A stretch of DNA of 64,000 nt from Vicugna vicugna (GCA_013265495.1 MU057887.1:3807668-3871667); one strand, 5' to 3'. Positions 1-13,279 are shown, numbered from the stretch's first letter. Notes: generated by a model from the letters alone, not told the origin. Program-made: numbers and translations.

Positions 1-216
1 AGGTGGAGAGAAGGAACGGCGTGGCCTGCGTTTTTGCCCTTAGAAAGTGGACTTTCCGGACTCTGCAGGATGAGGCCGAGACGGTGTGAGGGGCCTGCCT
101 CACGGTGGTCAGAGCTACATACACGCGCACCCACACGCACCCGTCCATCCCCGCCCCTGGGCGGTGCAGCTGCGTGTCCTGTGACTGGCCCTGACGCTGT
201 CTGTGCTTTGATGCAG

Positions 217-3200
217 TTGGCAAGACCCCAAAAGCCAGAGAGAAGGAGTTTTTCAATTTGATGCTCAACGAAAACCAGAAGTTAGCAGTGAGGAGGATTC
301 TGAGTGGTGACTGCCGCCCACTCCCTTACGTTCTCTTTGGGCCTCCTGGAACCGGGAAGACAGTGACAATAATAGAGGCTGTTTTACAGGTGAGATGGGA
401 GTGAGGGAGGACAGGGAGGGAGCCGGGAAGAGCAGGGGGTGCCGGTGGGGTGCTGCGGTGGCTGAAGCTATGCCGTGGGCCACCGTCTCCTGCGGGGTCG
501 GAACGTGGGAAGAGCTCAAGGAGCCCCAGTTACTTCATACCTGGAGAAGTTTGTTTTGTCCTGCGGCTGCTTAGGGTTTGAGAGCTGGTGTCAAAGGTTA
601 GAAGGGAACCCCCTTGGTGCTCAGGGTGGCGGACTGCAGCGGGGGTTCCGTGCCCCCATCAGGGTTTACGCAGAGTCTGGCGGTGGCATGTGTCCATTGT
701 TTGCATGGTTTGGGATTTGGGTCCGCACGCCTGCACTGCCACCAGCTGGCAGGTGTTGGGGCACAAGCCTGGGGCCCCCCCTGGACTACTCAGGTCTGGA
801 GAGCCAGGGCCTCTGCCTTCCCCCACGGCGGGCTGGCCCGGGCCGCTTGACCCTCCTGCCTGTCTCCTGCGTGTCTGCACAAAGGTGTTCTACGCTCTGC
901 CGGACAGTCGGACCCTGGTGTGCGCGCCCTCCAACAGCGCTGCTGACCTCGTGTGTCTGCGTCTGCACAAGAGCCAGGCGCTGCGGCCTGGAGCCATGGT
1001 CCGCATGAACGCCACCTGCCGGTTCGAGGAGGTAAGCAAGCAGCCCGCGCCCTCCCTGACACTGACGCTCCGCTTTCACTGGACCCCCAAACAGTATTGT
1101 TTGTTTTTGGTTCTGTTTCGCTGGTTTGCTATAAAAGGTCCTGGTTTGGTTAAGAAGGGAAATTGAACCTTGAAAATGTATAAAGTTGTTTTGGGGAAGG
1201 ATCTACAGGGTTTTGTGTTATATTCACAGCTCTAGGGTTGGTAACACACAGACTAAATTGATAGGGAAATGTAAACTATTTTGATTTGAGAAGACAGTCT
1301 TACGTTGTCCTTGGTGGTGACTAAGATGTGCAGCGGGACGGGACGCCGTTTCAGGAGCCCTCCCAGCCTTGCAATCGGGCCCAGTTTAAAAAGACTTAAT
1401 GACCTGCTGGTGACCTGCTCCCCAGACCATCACAGAGGCCATCAAGCCTTACTGCCGCGATGGGGAGGACGTCTGGAGGGCCTCGCGCTTCAGGGTCGTC
1501 ATCACCACGTGCAGCAGCGCGGGGCTCTTCTACCAGATAGGGCTGAGGTGGGCGCTCGCCAGCGTTGGGAGGGGCCCACCGGGGGAGGGGGTGCCCTGCA
1601 GGGGGGACAGGGGCAGAGGTGGTGGGCGCCTGTCCAGGACCCTTGGACGGGAGCGACCACTAGGAAGGCGTCTGCTCTAGGGTCGGACATTTCACACACG
1701 TATTCGTGGACGAAGCGGGGCAGGCGAGCGAGCCGGAGTGTCTGATCCCCCTGGGGCTGGTCTCGGACGTCACTGGCCAGGTACAGCCCGCGTGCTGCGC
1801 GTCATCTTCCCTCCCTCGGCGGTGGAGCCCTGCACCCCCAACCCCATCCACTGCACAGGACACACAGGCTGACCAAGGGCCTGGGGCACGAGAAGCCTCC
1901 TGTCACACACCAGCCTCCCCACCTCCTCCGCTGTGACCACAGAGCCTGCACACAGGGCAGGAGCCAGGAGCAGGCCAGCGAGCTGCCAGGGTGGGCGGGG
2001 CCAGGGCAGCATCGAGAGGAGGGCGCAGCAGAGAATTCCAGAAGAAGGGAAGGGAACGGAGGCTGCCAAGTGGGGGGTCAGGGTGGGGTCTGCCCCCCGG
2101 GAGCTCAGGGCTCCAGTCCACTGATGTTTTCCACTGGGCTGTCCCTGTCCCAGCTGCGTTCCTGTCCTCTGCAGCCCGAGTGACTGTGCAGCTGCACTCC
2201 TGCCTCCCAGCTGCCCTGGTTTGGGCAGTCAGGGCGGGAGGCCAGCCCATCACACTCCGTGTCCTGCCCACCCAGCCCCCTTCACCCACCTGACCGTGGT
2301 GGGGTCTCCCTGCACCAATGTGGGCCCCGTTTCTGTGCCACAGATCGTCCTTGCCGGAGACCCCATGCAGCTCGGGCCAGTCATCAAGTCCAGGCTGGCC
2401 ATGGCCTACGGGCTGAGTGTCTCCATGCTGGAGAGACTGATGTCCCGACCGGCCTATATGCGAGACGAAGACGCTTTTGGGGCCTGTGGTGCCTACAACC
2501 CCTTGTTGGTGAGCTCGGCCCCCTGCTGTAAGGTCAGACTTGAGCCGAGGGGCCCACCACGGAGCTCACGCCGTGTCCACCAAGACACGCATGGGGCCAG
2601 AGGCCCAAGCAGCCCCTGGTCCTCTCTGCCACCACCCCCAGGGTGGGTCGGGCTCTTTCCCCGCTCCTCTGTCCCAGGACACGGAGACACAGCCTGTGGC
2701 GGAGGCAGGCGGGCAGACTAGCACTGCAGGGCCTGGCTCAGCCAAGGGAGAAGCTGTGATGCTGGATCGGGTTTGGGGTTTGATGAACGTCTTAGAGACT
2801 GGATGTGTTAAAATTACTGAGTTGAAGTTTATCACCCTGAGTCAGCAGGAGAGCCCTGGATCTCGGGCTCTAGAGGGAAACTAGAATGAGCTTCCGGTCA
2901 GCTGGAGGCAGAAAACAAAGTTGCTCTCGCTCCGTGTCCTGGTAACTTCATCCCCAGCCCCTCCGAAGGTCCCACCCAGCCCACAGGGTCAGGGCTGGGG
3001 CCGTGCCTCTGGCCACCCGGGCTGAGGCCCGAGCCCGCACCTGCTGCCGCAGAGCCTGTGAACCAGAGCGCAGCTTGCAGCCAGACACGCAGCCCCCCAG
3101 GAGACTCCCTCCTTTTCTGTTGAAGTGAAGTTGCACGTCCTCGCCAGGTGGAGGTGACAGGCGGGAGATGGGGCCGCAGGGGCCTCCCGGCTGTGACTGA

Positions 3201-6200
3201 GGGGGACGGGGCACTCTCCATGCGGCCGCAGCAGGCCGGCTTTGGCCCTGGACCTGCCGCTTCCGCCCTGCAGGTGACGAAGCTCGTGAAGAACTATCGG
3301 TCCCACTCGGTGCTGCTGGCCCTGCCGTCCAGGCTCTTCTACCACCGGGAGCTTGAAGTCTGCGCGGACCCCACAGTGGTGACGTCCTTGCTGGGCTGGG
3401 AGAAGTTACCGCGGAAGGGCTTCCCCCTTGTCTTCCACGGAGTGAGGGTGAGCAGTGGACCTGGAGGGCAGGCCAGGGGAAGCGCTCAGCCCTGAGCGGC
3501 CCCTCAGTGCTGCTCACAAGTTTACGTGTGTTCAGTGCGTGGGTTCCATTTAATCTGGTCATTAACCAAGCATTTGCTGGGTGCCTCTGGTGCGGTGACT
3601 GTGCCCATGAGGGGTCCGGACAGGTCCGGAGGGGTTCCTGAGGGAGCTCTCGGGGCTGGTCGGGACCTGGGCCAAGGAAGCCCCTGCCATCCCACCCCAT
3701 GCACCAGTGTCCAGGGGATGGACCCGCACTGGGGCAGAGCCTGTCCTCCCGCCAGGCCTCACAGGGTGGGGTTCCCCACAGGGAGGGGTTAGATGCCCGG
3801 TAGCCAAAAAATGACAAATATTCCCTAAAATCAGAGTTTGTGTTGGAATTTGGTTGTTAGAACCAGAAGTCAAGTTTGCAAGTTCTCATGCAGAATTGGG
3901 GCTGCATCCAGACTCCAGAACAATGGACACTGGTGCCAGGGTGCCCTGGAGTGGGGTCTGCCCCTCTCCTCTCTGCAGCCTGCTTCCTGGGGACAGTTTC
4001 TGGACTTACCTGGGGTTGTGTGTAAGGTGCGGCCATGGGGTGCCCACCATCTGGATGGGAGAGACTTTGAGGGAAGGGATTCTGTGGTGAGACTGGACGT
4101 GGTCCACTCGGCATGAGGCCCCCGCTGGCTGGTTCTTCCTCCCTCCGGGAACCCTCTCTTTCAGCTTCTGCTCAGGGCTTCCGTCTATCTCAGAAAAAAA
4201 CAACCAGAAAGCATAGTGGGGGCATCAGAGATCCCCCTAGCAGCAGAAAGTCGAAGGCCTCTCCTGAGAGCAGGAGCTCAGATGCGCACGGGCGCTCCTG
4301 GATGCGGGGCCCGTGTGGTGAAGAGGTCACTTCTGCCCAAATCAGTCCGTGTGTTTCATGCAGACTACACAGAAGTCTCAGTAGGCTGATTGCTGAGAAA
4401 GTGGAGTTGTAGATGTGCAAAAGGTTTTGTAGAAGGGAATGGAGACTCAAAGCTGCGGGAGATGGAGGTGCTCAGTGTGAAAAGAATGAAGTCCAGAAAT
4501 ACTATTTTATTTAGAATTTCTCGAGGGCCGGACTGTACCCAGCTCCGTTCTAGGCCCTGAGGACAAAGTGAGGGTTAGGCCTCTAGGGCTAGTTGCAGAG
4601 AACAGGATCCACTCCCACATTTGACCGAAAAGGGCTTTGTCGTGGGTTGTTAGCTGGCTCTGAGTTAACCCCCGGCCCTTGCTGGCCCTGGATCCTGCGG
4701 GCGCCCTGCCCAGGAGGCAACATCAGACAGGCAGAAACCCTCCCATCCAGGCGTTCCCTCCCCCAGAGTTCCAGAAGGACCCCTGTCTGACTCACTGCTC
4801 TGTCTCCAGCCCAGTGTGTCTGGGCAGAGGGTGCCCAGTAGAAGGAGCGGCTGAGCCCAGGATCACCCAAGGAGGGTCCAGGTAGCTGTGGTCTTGTCCT
4901 AAGGGGAGCGTGATCGGAGCAGAGCTGAGACACTGGCCGCCTGGCCCTTCCCAGGACAGAGGCCCCGCCTCTGGCCTAATTGGAAAGCTAGCTGTGGACT
5001 TCCGGATGTTTCCTGTTGGCCCTCTGCCTCATTAGTCTCAGCTTCGTCTTTCATCCTTCTGCTCCCTGACTTGCTTGTCTTCACTGAGTTTATTGTGGTT
5101 CCCCTGAGATATGGATGCCTTGTCCCCCTACAGGAGCGCCTGGGGCCCATGCCCTCTGGACACCTGTGACTTTATTTTCTTTTTTTTGAGCCAAGGGTTC
5201 TAGAGAAGCATTTTTTCACTTTCCATGTGGCCAAGAATATTTTGGTCACCGTGTTACCAAACTCAGATTTGGCAGCTGGCCACTCACAATTCAGTACCCG
5301 AGAGGCAAATGTCAGTAGAAACAGAAAACATTGCTTTTAATCAGAAAGCCAGCAATCTGGGGAGAAGGCAGACTCATGTCCCCGAAAACCAACTGCTAGG
5401 ATTCTGCTCGGCCATGAGCATTAAAGGGAGAAGGAGAAGTGACCTCAGCGAGTCACTGAGGTAGGGGCAGACCCGCAGCCACTCCCACGGTGCCGGCACA
5501 TCGATGTCTCACGGTCTTCTCTCTGGACACGGTCTCGGTCACACATTCTGGTCGTGGGATCACAGAAGGCGCAGCCGGGGAGATCTGGTCATCTGTTAAT
5601 GACTTATTCTCCATTTCTACTTCTTTGATCTGGGAGAGAACCGATAAGTTAGGCCAGGTGTTGTGTGAGCAAAACATTTGACCCATTAGGGGTGTTTGGG
5701 CCGGAGGTGAGTAGAGCGTGGGACGCCTGGGTTAAGGTTAGTGACAGTGCAGCTCAAGTGACAGAACGAAGGGGCCTCCTGCTGAGATCTCTGTCCTGCC
5801 GAAAGCTGCTTGCAAATCCCTGCTTGTGTGACATCATTCCACTTCTGCGGGACTAGGGCGGGGTCGTCTTCTGTGACTTCCCCCTGCTGACCCCGGGCGG
5901 GCGCCGTGCTCCCAGAGAGGAGGATGTCCGCCTGGGCCTGCAGCCTCTCTCTGTGGCAGTTGTAGTTGGCCGCCTACGTGTACGAGCTGTACGAACGGAC
6001 CGAGCTGCAGTTCCTCTGGCGCCCGTGCAGACGTGGGCGCTCGTGAGCAGCAGCGGGGACCCCGCGCTCTCGGGGCACTGCCTGGACCTGTGCTGCCGTA
6101 GAGTCGGTCCCACTGCAGCGGGGCAGCTGCTGTCCTGGCTGGAGTCTGGTCGTCATGCAGGCAGCTCTCCTCTCTGGTGGCAGCTGCAGTGCCTGTAAAA

Positions 6201-9177
6201 CGACTCAGAACGTGCGCCGGACCCTGTGTCTGTGACTCTTGTCCAGTCTTGACCTGCTCGAGCCTGCCCTCCTGTGGCTCAGGGAGGCCTGGGGGGCTTC
6301 AGCTTTTCCACAAACAAGAGGCAGGGGCCACAGAGGGGCCTTTATACTTGAGGCGCCCCTCTGTGAGAGGCTGCTGCTCGGTTCCAGTCTCTTTCATTTC
6401 TAATTTCATCAGGCTCTGATCAAGAGTGATGGCCTGTAAATTTTGCTTTTGAACACTTGCGGCCCAGTAGGTGTCAGCTGGCCTGCCGCCACCCAGGCCG
6501 CTCTGGTCTGGCCGGGCCTCCCGCCCGCAGCGTCTCCGCAGCCTGAGGCTGTGAGAGTTGGCCTGGGAGCAGGGCTCTCCTGTCTCTGCCAGCTGCTCCT
6601 TGTCCACAGACCCTGGGCGAGCTTCTGTGGAGGGCAGCCCTCTGTGACACGCCTCTTGTCCCCGATGCCCAGGGCAGCGAAGCTCGGGAAGGGAGGAGCC
6701 CGTCCTGGTTCAACCCTGCCGAGGCCGTGCAGGCCATGCGCTACTGCTGCCTGCTGGCCCGCAGTGTCTCCAGCCAAGTGTCCGCCAGCGACATTGGGGT
6801 CATCACGCCCTACCGGAAGCAGGTGCGGCCCCCGCGACTCCTCTCATGTGTGCTTGTCCGTGGGGTCCAGGAAGGAGAGGGACATGGCTCTTTGAGGTGG
6901 CGCCCAGTCCCCTCCTGTTGCTCCCTCCCCTGCGTCTGCACAGCCGCTCCTCCTGTGCTGGGGGCCGGGCCCGGGGCATGGAGGGTGACCTCTGCCTTTG
7001 TTCCCGGTCACTGGGCATGAGAAGGCCCATCCCCACGGTGGTGAGGGCAGCACCGCTGGTGCCTTCCCTCCGCACGGCTCCCGACCCCCAGCCCATTCTC
7101 CTGGGAGAACTGAGCCTCCCTCCATGCTGAGTGTTCAGCCAAGTACATGCTCCTTTTCAGTTTCAAAGTGGTTCTTTACCGGCAACCCCTGGAGATCCTA
7201 ACACACCCTCTCCCAGCCCCAAGTCCTGCTCAGCTCGTCAGCTACCCCGCCTTCAGGACCTCTCCCCTAGTCTTCCTCCTCCTGGCTTTCCTGCTGTAGT
7301 CACCACACAGCCTGACTCCCATCTTAACTGCTCAGGACCCCAGGGCAGGACCCTGGGAGGGGCTCTCTGTTCCTCACCCCAGGAGGCAGTCCGGGACCCA
7401 GCACCATCCCCAGGGGACGTCTCCCCACTCACAGCACAGGGTGTCTGCACTTCTCTACAAAGCACCCCCCCCACTACTGTGCACCCATCCCGTGGAGAGG
7501 GGGGCATCTCCACGGAGGTGTTGCCCCGCCCCAGGCACTCCTTCCGAAATGGGGCTTTGCTTTGGTCCACTTAGAGCTGATGAAACATGACTTGGAATTG
7601 ACAGGCCGTGCACTCAGCCTGTGCTGTGATGTGTAAAGAACCGGTCAGATTTGTAAAGTTTTGTCTTCGCTCTCTTTATTGCCTTCAAAGGTGGAGAAAA
7701 TCAAAGTTCTTTTGCGAAATGTTGATCTGACAGATATAAAGGTTGGATCTGTGGAGGAGTTTCAGGGGCAAGAATATCTGGTCATCATCATCTCAACTGT
7801 AGGTATTCCTGCCCCGTGGGGCACTGTCTGCGCCAGGCTGCCTGGCGTGCTGGGCCCTCTGTTGCCCTCGGTGACACAGAGCAGGGGAGACCTAGGCGGC
7901 GCCTCAAGCAGCTAACTGTCAGGTGTTCTTAAAAAAAAAAAAAAAAGATCAGACAAAAAAGTAAAGAAACCCATGAGGCAGTAGTGAATCATGGGAGGAG
8001 GGAGGGGACCTTGCAGTGGGGTGTGGCTGGGAGAGGGGCAGACTCTCAAAAGTCCATTCTTCTTTTATAAATGACTTTTATCAAAAGGTACACATTAACC
8101 GCAGACAGGTTAGGAAATTGAGATGGGAAAGAACACAGCGTGGCTAAGACCCCAACGCCCAGGTCAGCTCCCAGTGCTGGAGGCTCTGCTTGAGTGTAGT
8201 GAGGCCCACACCCTGCCCCCGCTGCTTTTTTCTCTTTTTAGCCAAAATGGGGTCACATGTCACATTTCTAAATGTTTGTATATATCGAGTTTCTTTCCTT
8301 GCCAAAAAATTTAAAACACTGTTTTTATGAATCTTTGTGTGTTTCAGGTACGGTCAAATGAAGATAGCTTTGAAGATGATAGATATTTTTTGGGATTCTT
8401 GTCCAACTCAAAAAGATTTAATGTTGCAATCACCAGACCCAAAGCCTTGCTGATTGTGCTGGGAAACCCTCACGTTCTTGTCAGAGTGAGCTGCGGCCAG
8501 TGGGCCCAGGGGCGGGGGTCCCAGCGGGGCACTGCTGGGTGCAAGGCCAGGTCCTCTGTTTGCACAGGATCCCTGTTTCGGCGCCCTGCTGGAATACAGC
8601 ATCACAAATGGTGTCTACACGGGGTGCAACCTGCCGCCGGAGCTGCAGTCCCTGCAGAAGTGAGCCCTTCCGTCTCCCTAAAGGGTGAACGCTGGTCCTG
8701 CTCCCCAGGCCCACCCTCGGCCTTGCAGGGCGGAGCAGGGTCTGGCCTCATGGGCTGCGGCGGCCACTCTCCATCCAGATGACATCTGGGGTCAGCGTCT
8801 CCCCTGCCCACACAGCTTCACAAATAACTCTGGTGCCCCTCGGACCACGTTGGGGAGGGGGGCCGGCCCCAGCCCCACTGCGGTGCTCGCCATGGGGAGC
8901 CCTATTCACCAGCCCCTGGCCTTCCTGTGTCTGCAGCCGTGTGAGGCCCCCCTCCAACCAGAGCCAGTCCCTGAGGGGCCGGACAGGACTGCCTGTAAAG
9001 GAGGGCCAGGGGCTGTGCCCCTCCCCCCAGGGACCGCCATCTGTGCTGCAGCCCCTGCTGCGCGCCTTATCCCACAGCCTTGGCCACGAGGAGGCCCCAA
9101 GCCTGCCGCCTGCTCATGCTGCTGTCAGCCCTGCGTGCCAGCCGGCGCCTGCCCCTAGGCAGCTACTCCATCACTGA
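217..9177 (+). CDS. MOV10L1: RNA helicase MOV10L1, 3' coding exons (5'-partial gene)
   Basis: Exons with AG/GT boundaries and consistent phase: 217-389 (GPPGTGKT Walker A), 885-1031 (CAPSNSAAD), 1426-1547, 1681-1780 (DEAGQ), 2344-2508 (GDPMQLGP), 3274-3447 (KNYRSH), 6673-6822 (ITPYRKQ), 7691-7798 (SVEEFQGQE), 8348-8485 (RFNVAITR), 8568-8659, probable last exon 8937-9177. These are UPF1-like SF1 helicase motifs. The terminal exon and stop are less certain (see findings). Confidence 0.97.
5252..5814. mobile_element. Probable solo ERV-class LTR in a MOV10L1 intron
   Basis: TG...CA termini (TGTTACC at 5252, GCTGCTTGCA ending 5814). Internal sequence resembles cetartiodactyl ERV LTRs as recalled. 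No clear TSD; subfamily not determined. Confidence 0.55.
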
Positions 9178-9183
9178 AATAAA
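9178..9183 (+). terminator. MOV10L1 polyadenylation signal AATAAA
   Basis: AATAAA directly after TGA 9175-9177, followed by GT-rich sequence (ctgtgtgg). Confidence 0.8.
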
Positions 9184-12100
9184 CCCTCGAGTGGCTCACT
9201 GTGTGGCCTCCACCTCAGACGCGTCCGTGCCAGAGGCTGATTATGGTTCCCCGTGACCTCTGGTCCCTGCTGGCACTGGAGCCAGCCTTCCGTTAACGTG
9301 CTAGCCACGCGAAGCCTGGGGCCCTGGAGGCTGCCCAGGGAGGGGTCAGCACCCTGCCCACCTGGCCCGGTGTCCCGCACAGGTGGAGGGCGCGGCGGGA
9401 GGGACAAGGCAGAGGGTGTCACATGGGGTCCTGAGGCCCCTTCAGGACCCCACGGCCTGTCCCTTTGTTGGTAGCCATAACACTGGAAATGCCATCTGCT
9501 GGCCCACAGGTGGGAAGCTGAGGCCCCGGTGGCCCAGCCCGGCCACACTGGCTCCCACGTAGGGTGAGGGTTGCTGCTCTCCCACCTGCAGGCCCGCCAC
9601 AAATGGCTGTTGTCGGTCAGTTAGCCAGGGAGGGGCTGGACCCGGAAACAGAGCTGGTGGCTGGTCTGAACGTGTGGAGACTCTGGTCTTGGTGCTTCGG
9701 GAAATGCTCGCCCTTGGCCGCAAGCGTGGCAGTCCCAGGATGGTGGCCAGGTTGCCCTGAGCAGCCTCTTGCCCCCGGCGGAGTCTCTGGAAGTCAGGGT
9801 GCCGCCCTCCCCCTCAGTCTGAACCCCACGGCCCGCTCCGTGCATGGCCCCCCTGGTCTCCCCGTGGCTGTGGCCCAGCCCAGCCCCCTCCACCGTCCCA
9901 TGCCTCCTTCCCTGAGCAGTCTCGGGGAGCAGACCTCTGATATCAACTGGTGACCAGTGGAGCCCCGAAGAGCCCTAGGGGAGGGAACCAGTGCTGGCTG
10001 AGCACATGGCCAGGTCCCCCTCCACCCTCGGTGGTTTGTGACAGGATTTGTCTCAACTTCCACCAGCCCTGAGACTGCAGGTCCAGTGCTGGGGGTCACA
10101 GGGCTCTGCCCGCACGTCCCTCAAGACTATGACCGCACCGCAGCCCTGTACACAGCTTGTTGGCCTGGCTCTGGCCTTGGTGACTGGATGTCCCAGCGCC
10201 CGGGAGAGGTGGCAGGTGTGGGGCACACCTTGGGGAGGTAGGCAGTGCCACATACCAGGGAGGAACAGCCGGGTCCTGTGGGCAGTGGGTGCTGAGCTGG
10301 CACCCAGGCCAGAGGACACCGAAGCAGTGACCCAAAGGTGTGTCCAGGGTGACAAGAGGCCCGGCAGCGGGGTTCTGTGCAGAACTTGGGCTGCCCCCTG
10401 CACTGGGGCAGGAGGGTGCCATGCATCTGGGCAAGGCACAGAACAGGCAGGGGCCGCTGTGTGACCTTTGGAGGAGGGGAGAGAGAGGCCAGTGACCAAG
10501 CCAAGTGCTGCTGACCATGGGCCAGAGTGCATGGGGCTTGCCCTCAGAGGTCAGAGTCTGTGGAGTCCAAGCCACCCAGACCAGCATGGACACCTGGGGA
10601 GCAGAGGGAAGAGGCTCCTGCAGGCAGCTGAGGCCCCACTTGGGTTGGTTCACTTTTGTGTTTGGAGATCCCCCAAAGGAACTTGAGAACTTTATCCCAT
10701 CACTTGTTTTTAAGTTTCCAAAATTTTTCTCAATTTTTTAAAGCTGTGCATCCCCAACATGTTCTAAATGCTGCATCGTAAAGCACAGCAGTATGGCAGC
10801 CTTTTTGGTGTGTCTGGGGCAACCAGAATGCCGTTGTGACTGGCACTCACCCTCGTCCACTTAAAAAGGACTTAAAAGGCAAGCTGTCCCCTCATGGCTG
10901 GGCGCTGTGCGGACTCTTCCTGCCTGCAGAGCCTCGCCCACAGGGCTGCCCCTGGTGTAGAACACACTGGGTTGAAGTTTGAGGGCAGCACAGTGTGTTC
11001 CCCTCCTGGGCACATGGCCCTGCCGGGCGAGAGACGCGCCCGCAGGAGTGACAAAGGGGACAAGCAGACCAGCTTGCCGGCTCCAGGTCCTCCACCAGGT
11101 GCCTGGCCACCCGGGGGTGGTGGCTGCCCGTCCCCAGAGAGGACTGGAACAGAGCTCCCAGCCCACCTGCCATCCAGGTGTGGGATGAAATGATCCTGTG
11201 CTGTTTCATGCCATTGAGAAGCGGGGCTGCAGGTCCTGCAGCGCCACCTGGCCTGGCCTGTCGCCACCTCGGCTGCTTCTCCCAGAGGAGCACACACAGC
11301 ACCTCCAGGGGGTCCTTGGCCTTAATCTGAGGGGCCCTGAACCTGGTAACAAGAACTTGGTCTGGGTGGTTCTTACCGAGTCGTTAAGTACGTACTTAAT
11401 CAGTGATGCACAGATTTGCAAATTTTCATGGAGAACTAAACATGGAAGTAAAACTGAAAATGCATCAGTTAATGAGCTGTCCGTCTTGGTGGGAGAATAT
11501 CACTTAGGGCTGAAATGGGATAGGACTCAACATGACGTGTTTTTTTTTCTATTTTTCACTTTCATTGATATGAGAGCTGATAAAACTTCACGTAAGTAGA
11601 GACGAGAATAAAAGCTTTGCTATAGCAGAGTCACTCAACCTTTTGCAATCCATGTGTCAAAAGGCACGTGTGAGTGTGTTGCCGCGGGAGAGGACAAGCT
11701 GCTCTCCCAATGCTGTCCTTCCCCGGAGGCGGATTTGGGAGTGTATCCCTCCAGACTGTGGCGTGGCCCCCGCGCTCCACCCCTGCCCCAGCACTCTCTG
11801 GGTGAGGGCGAGGGCGAGGGAAGGGGCTGGGGTCCAGGGTGGCACCGAGGACGTCGGCTTCAGCCCTCCCCATCCAGGCCCCTCTGGGTCGAGGACAGCG
11901 TCGAGGGGGCTGCTGCAGTGTCGGTGCAGGGGTGGCCTTCGATGAGAGGGCAGCTGCTGGCGGCTTCCCGGAGCGTGCTGGACCACATGCGCACACTCCA
12001 CCAGCGTTCATCGTGCACCCACAGTGCTCCAGTGGCCATGCTGCCATGCCACATCACACTCCAACTCTGAGATCACATCAAGACCAGCAGTGTTCCTCTG

Positions 12101-13279
12101 TACCAGACTGACCAACTGAAAAACAGAAAGCAGGGTTCCGCTTACAGAGGAGCATCAACCATGACGTGAGCAGGAAATGACAGCAAAGCGGTGCCACCAG
12201 GCTTCATGGAGAAGTCACTGCGATTCCACAGCAGGAGACAAAGGGGTGCATGAGTGCAGGATATGCTGCGTTCAAGGAGGGGTGACTCAACACAGCATGG
12301 ACCCTGTTTTCCCCAGTCCTCCAAGATGTCCACGGACAAGTGCAGGCCATGAACTCTTAAGTCATTATTGAAAAGGATGGTGGGGGACCCTGCAAAGCCA
12401 TAGGAAGGAAGGCGTGCTGCGGTGGGGGAAAGGGCAGACCCGTGACTCGAGGTGCCTGGGGGGCTAGCTGGGTTGTCTGGAGGTGTCTTGGTGGGTATCT
12501 GGGTTTTCGAGGGTGGGGGTCGGGGTTATTTGAGGTGGGAAACTGGAGGCAGCCCAGCTCCCTCAGCAAGTAGGAGACAAGTCAAATGGACTGGAAGCTA
12601 GGGATGGGCAGCATTCAGAAACATGCATGAACCTTTTAAAGAAACTTTTTTTTTTAAAGTCTGAAGCTCAGGCTTGGTATAGGACATCCTCCTTTCTGAG
12701 CGCCCCCGCCCCCCACACACACACAGAGAGGGGGAATTAGCTCACAACTGCCACCAGAGGTTCTGCAGATACGGATGCTCGATGCTCGAGACAGACTTGT
12801 TGGATGAATTACTGAATTAAGTTGAAACTCCAACTATGCTAAATATTCCACAAAGACGGCACGTGTATGTTCTGCTACAGGGGGACAGGGACCTGCCGGG
12901 AAAATAAAAAGTGGAAAACCGCAGCGAGTCTTGCAGGCAATTGGCATGAAGGTAGCAGCTGTGCTCTTCGCTTGAGACCAAGCCCAGTCCTGCGCCGTCG
13001 TGCCTGGGGGAGGGGGTGACAGCTGGGACCGTTGGGCACTGGGGGTCGGAATGCAGGAGGTAAAGGTCAGGAAGGTGGCAGGGAGCCAGGCCAGAAGCAC
13101 GGGACCCCAGAGATTGCCCCCGGAGCTGGCACGGGCCTCCGGAGAAGGCTGTTGACCGAGGCAAAGCAATGGGGTGATGGGGAGGAGGTGCAGGGCTGGA
13201 GAGGAAGAGGGCCGCGTGGAGGTGATGCGGGGGCCCCGGCGGTGGGTCAGGGGGCTAGACTCCAGGGCCCCATGGCCGC

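Noticed and set aside
1-90. Possible preceding MOV10L1 exon at the window edge
   Set aside because: Could not find a boundary and frame that match both the required phase and the recalled orthologue; left unannotated.
10090-10210. Exon-like stretch (PQDYDRTAALYTACW...) between MOV10L1 and PANX2
   Set aside because: No recognisable family, no partner exons and weak splice signals.
11384-11399. Perfect 16-bp palindrome TTAAGTACGTACTTAA, with ATTTGCAAAT nearby
   Set aside because: About one 8-bp-arm palindrome is expected by chance in 64 kb; no supporting context.
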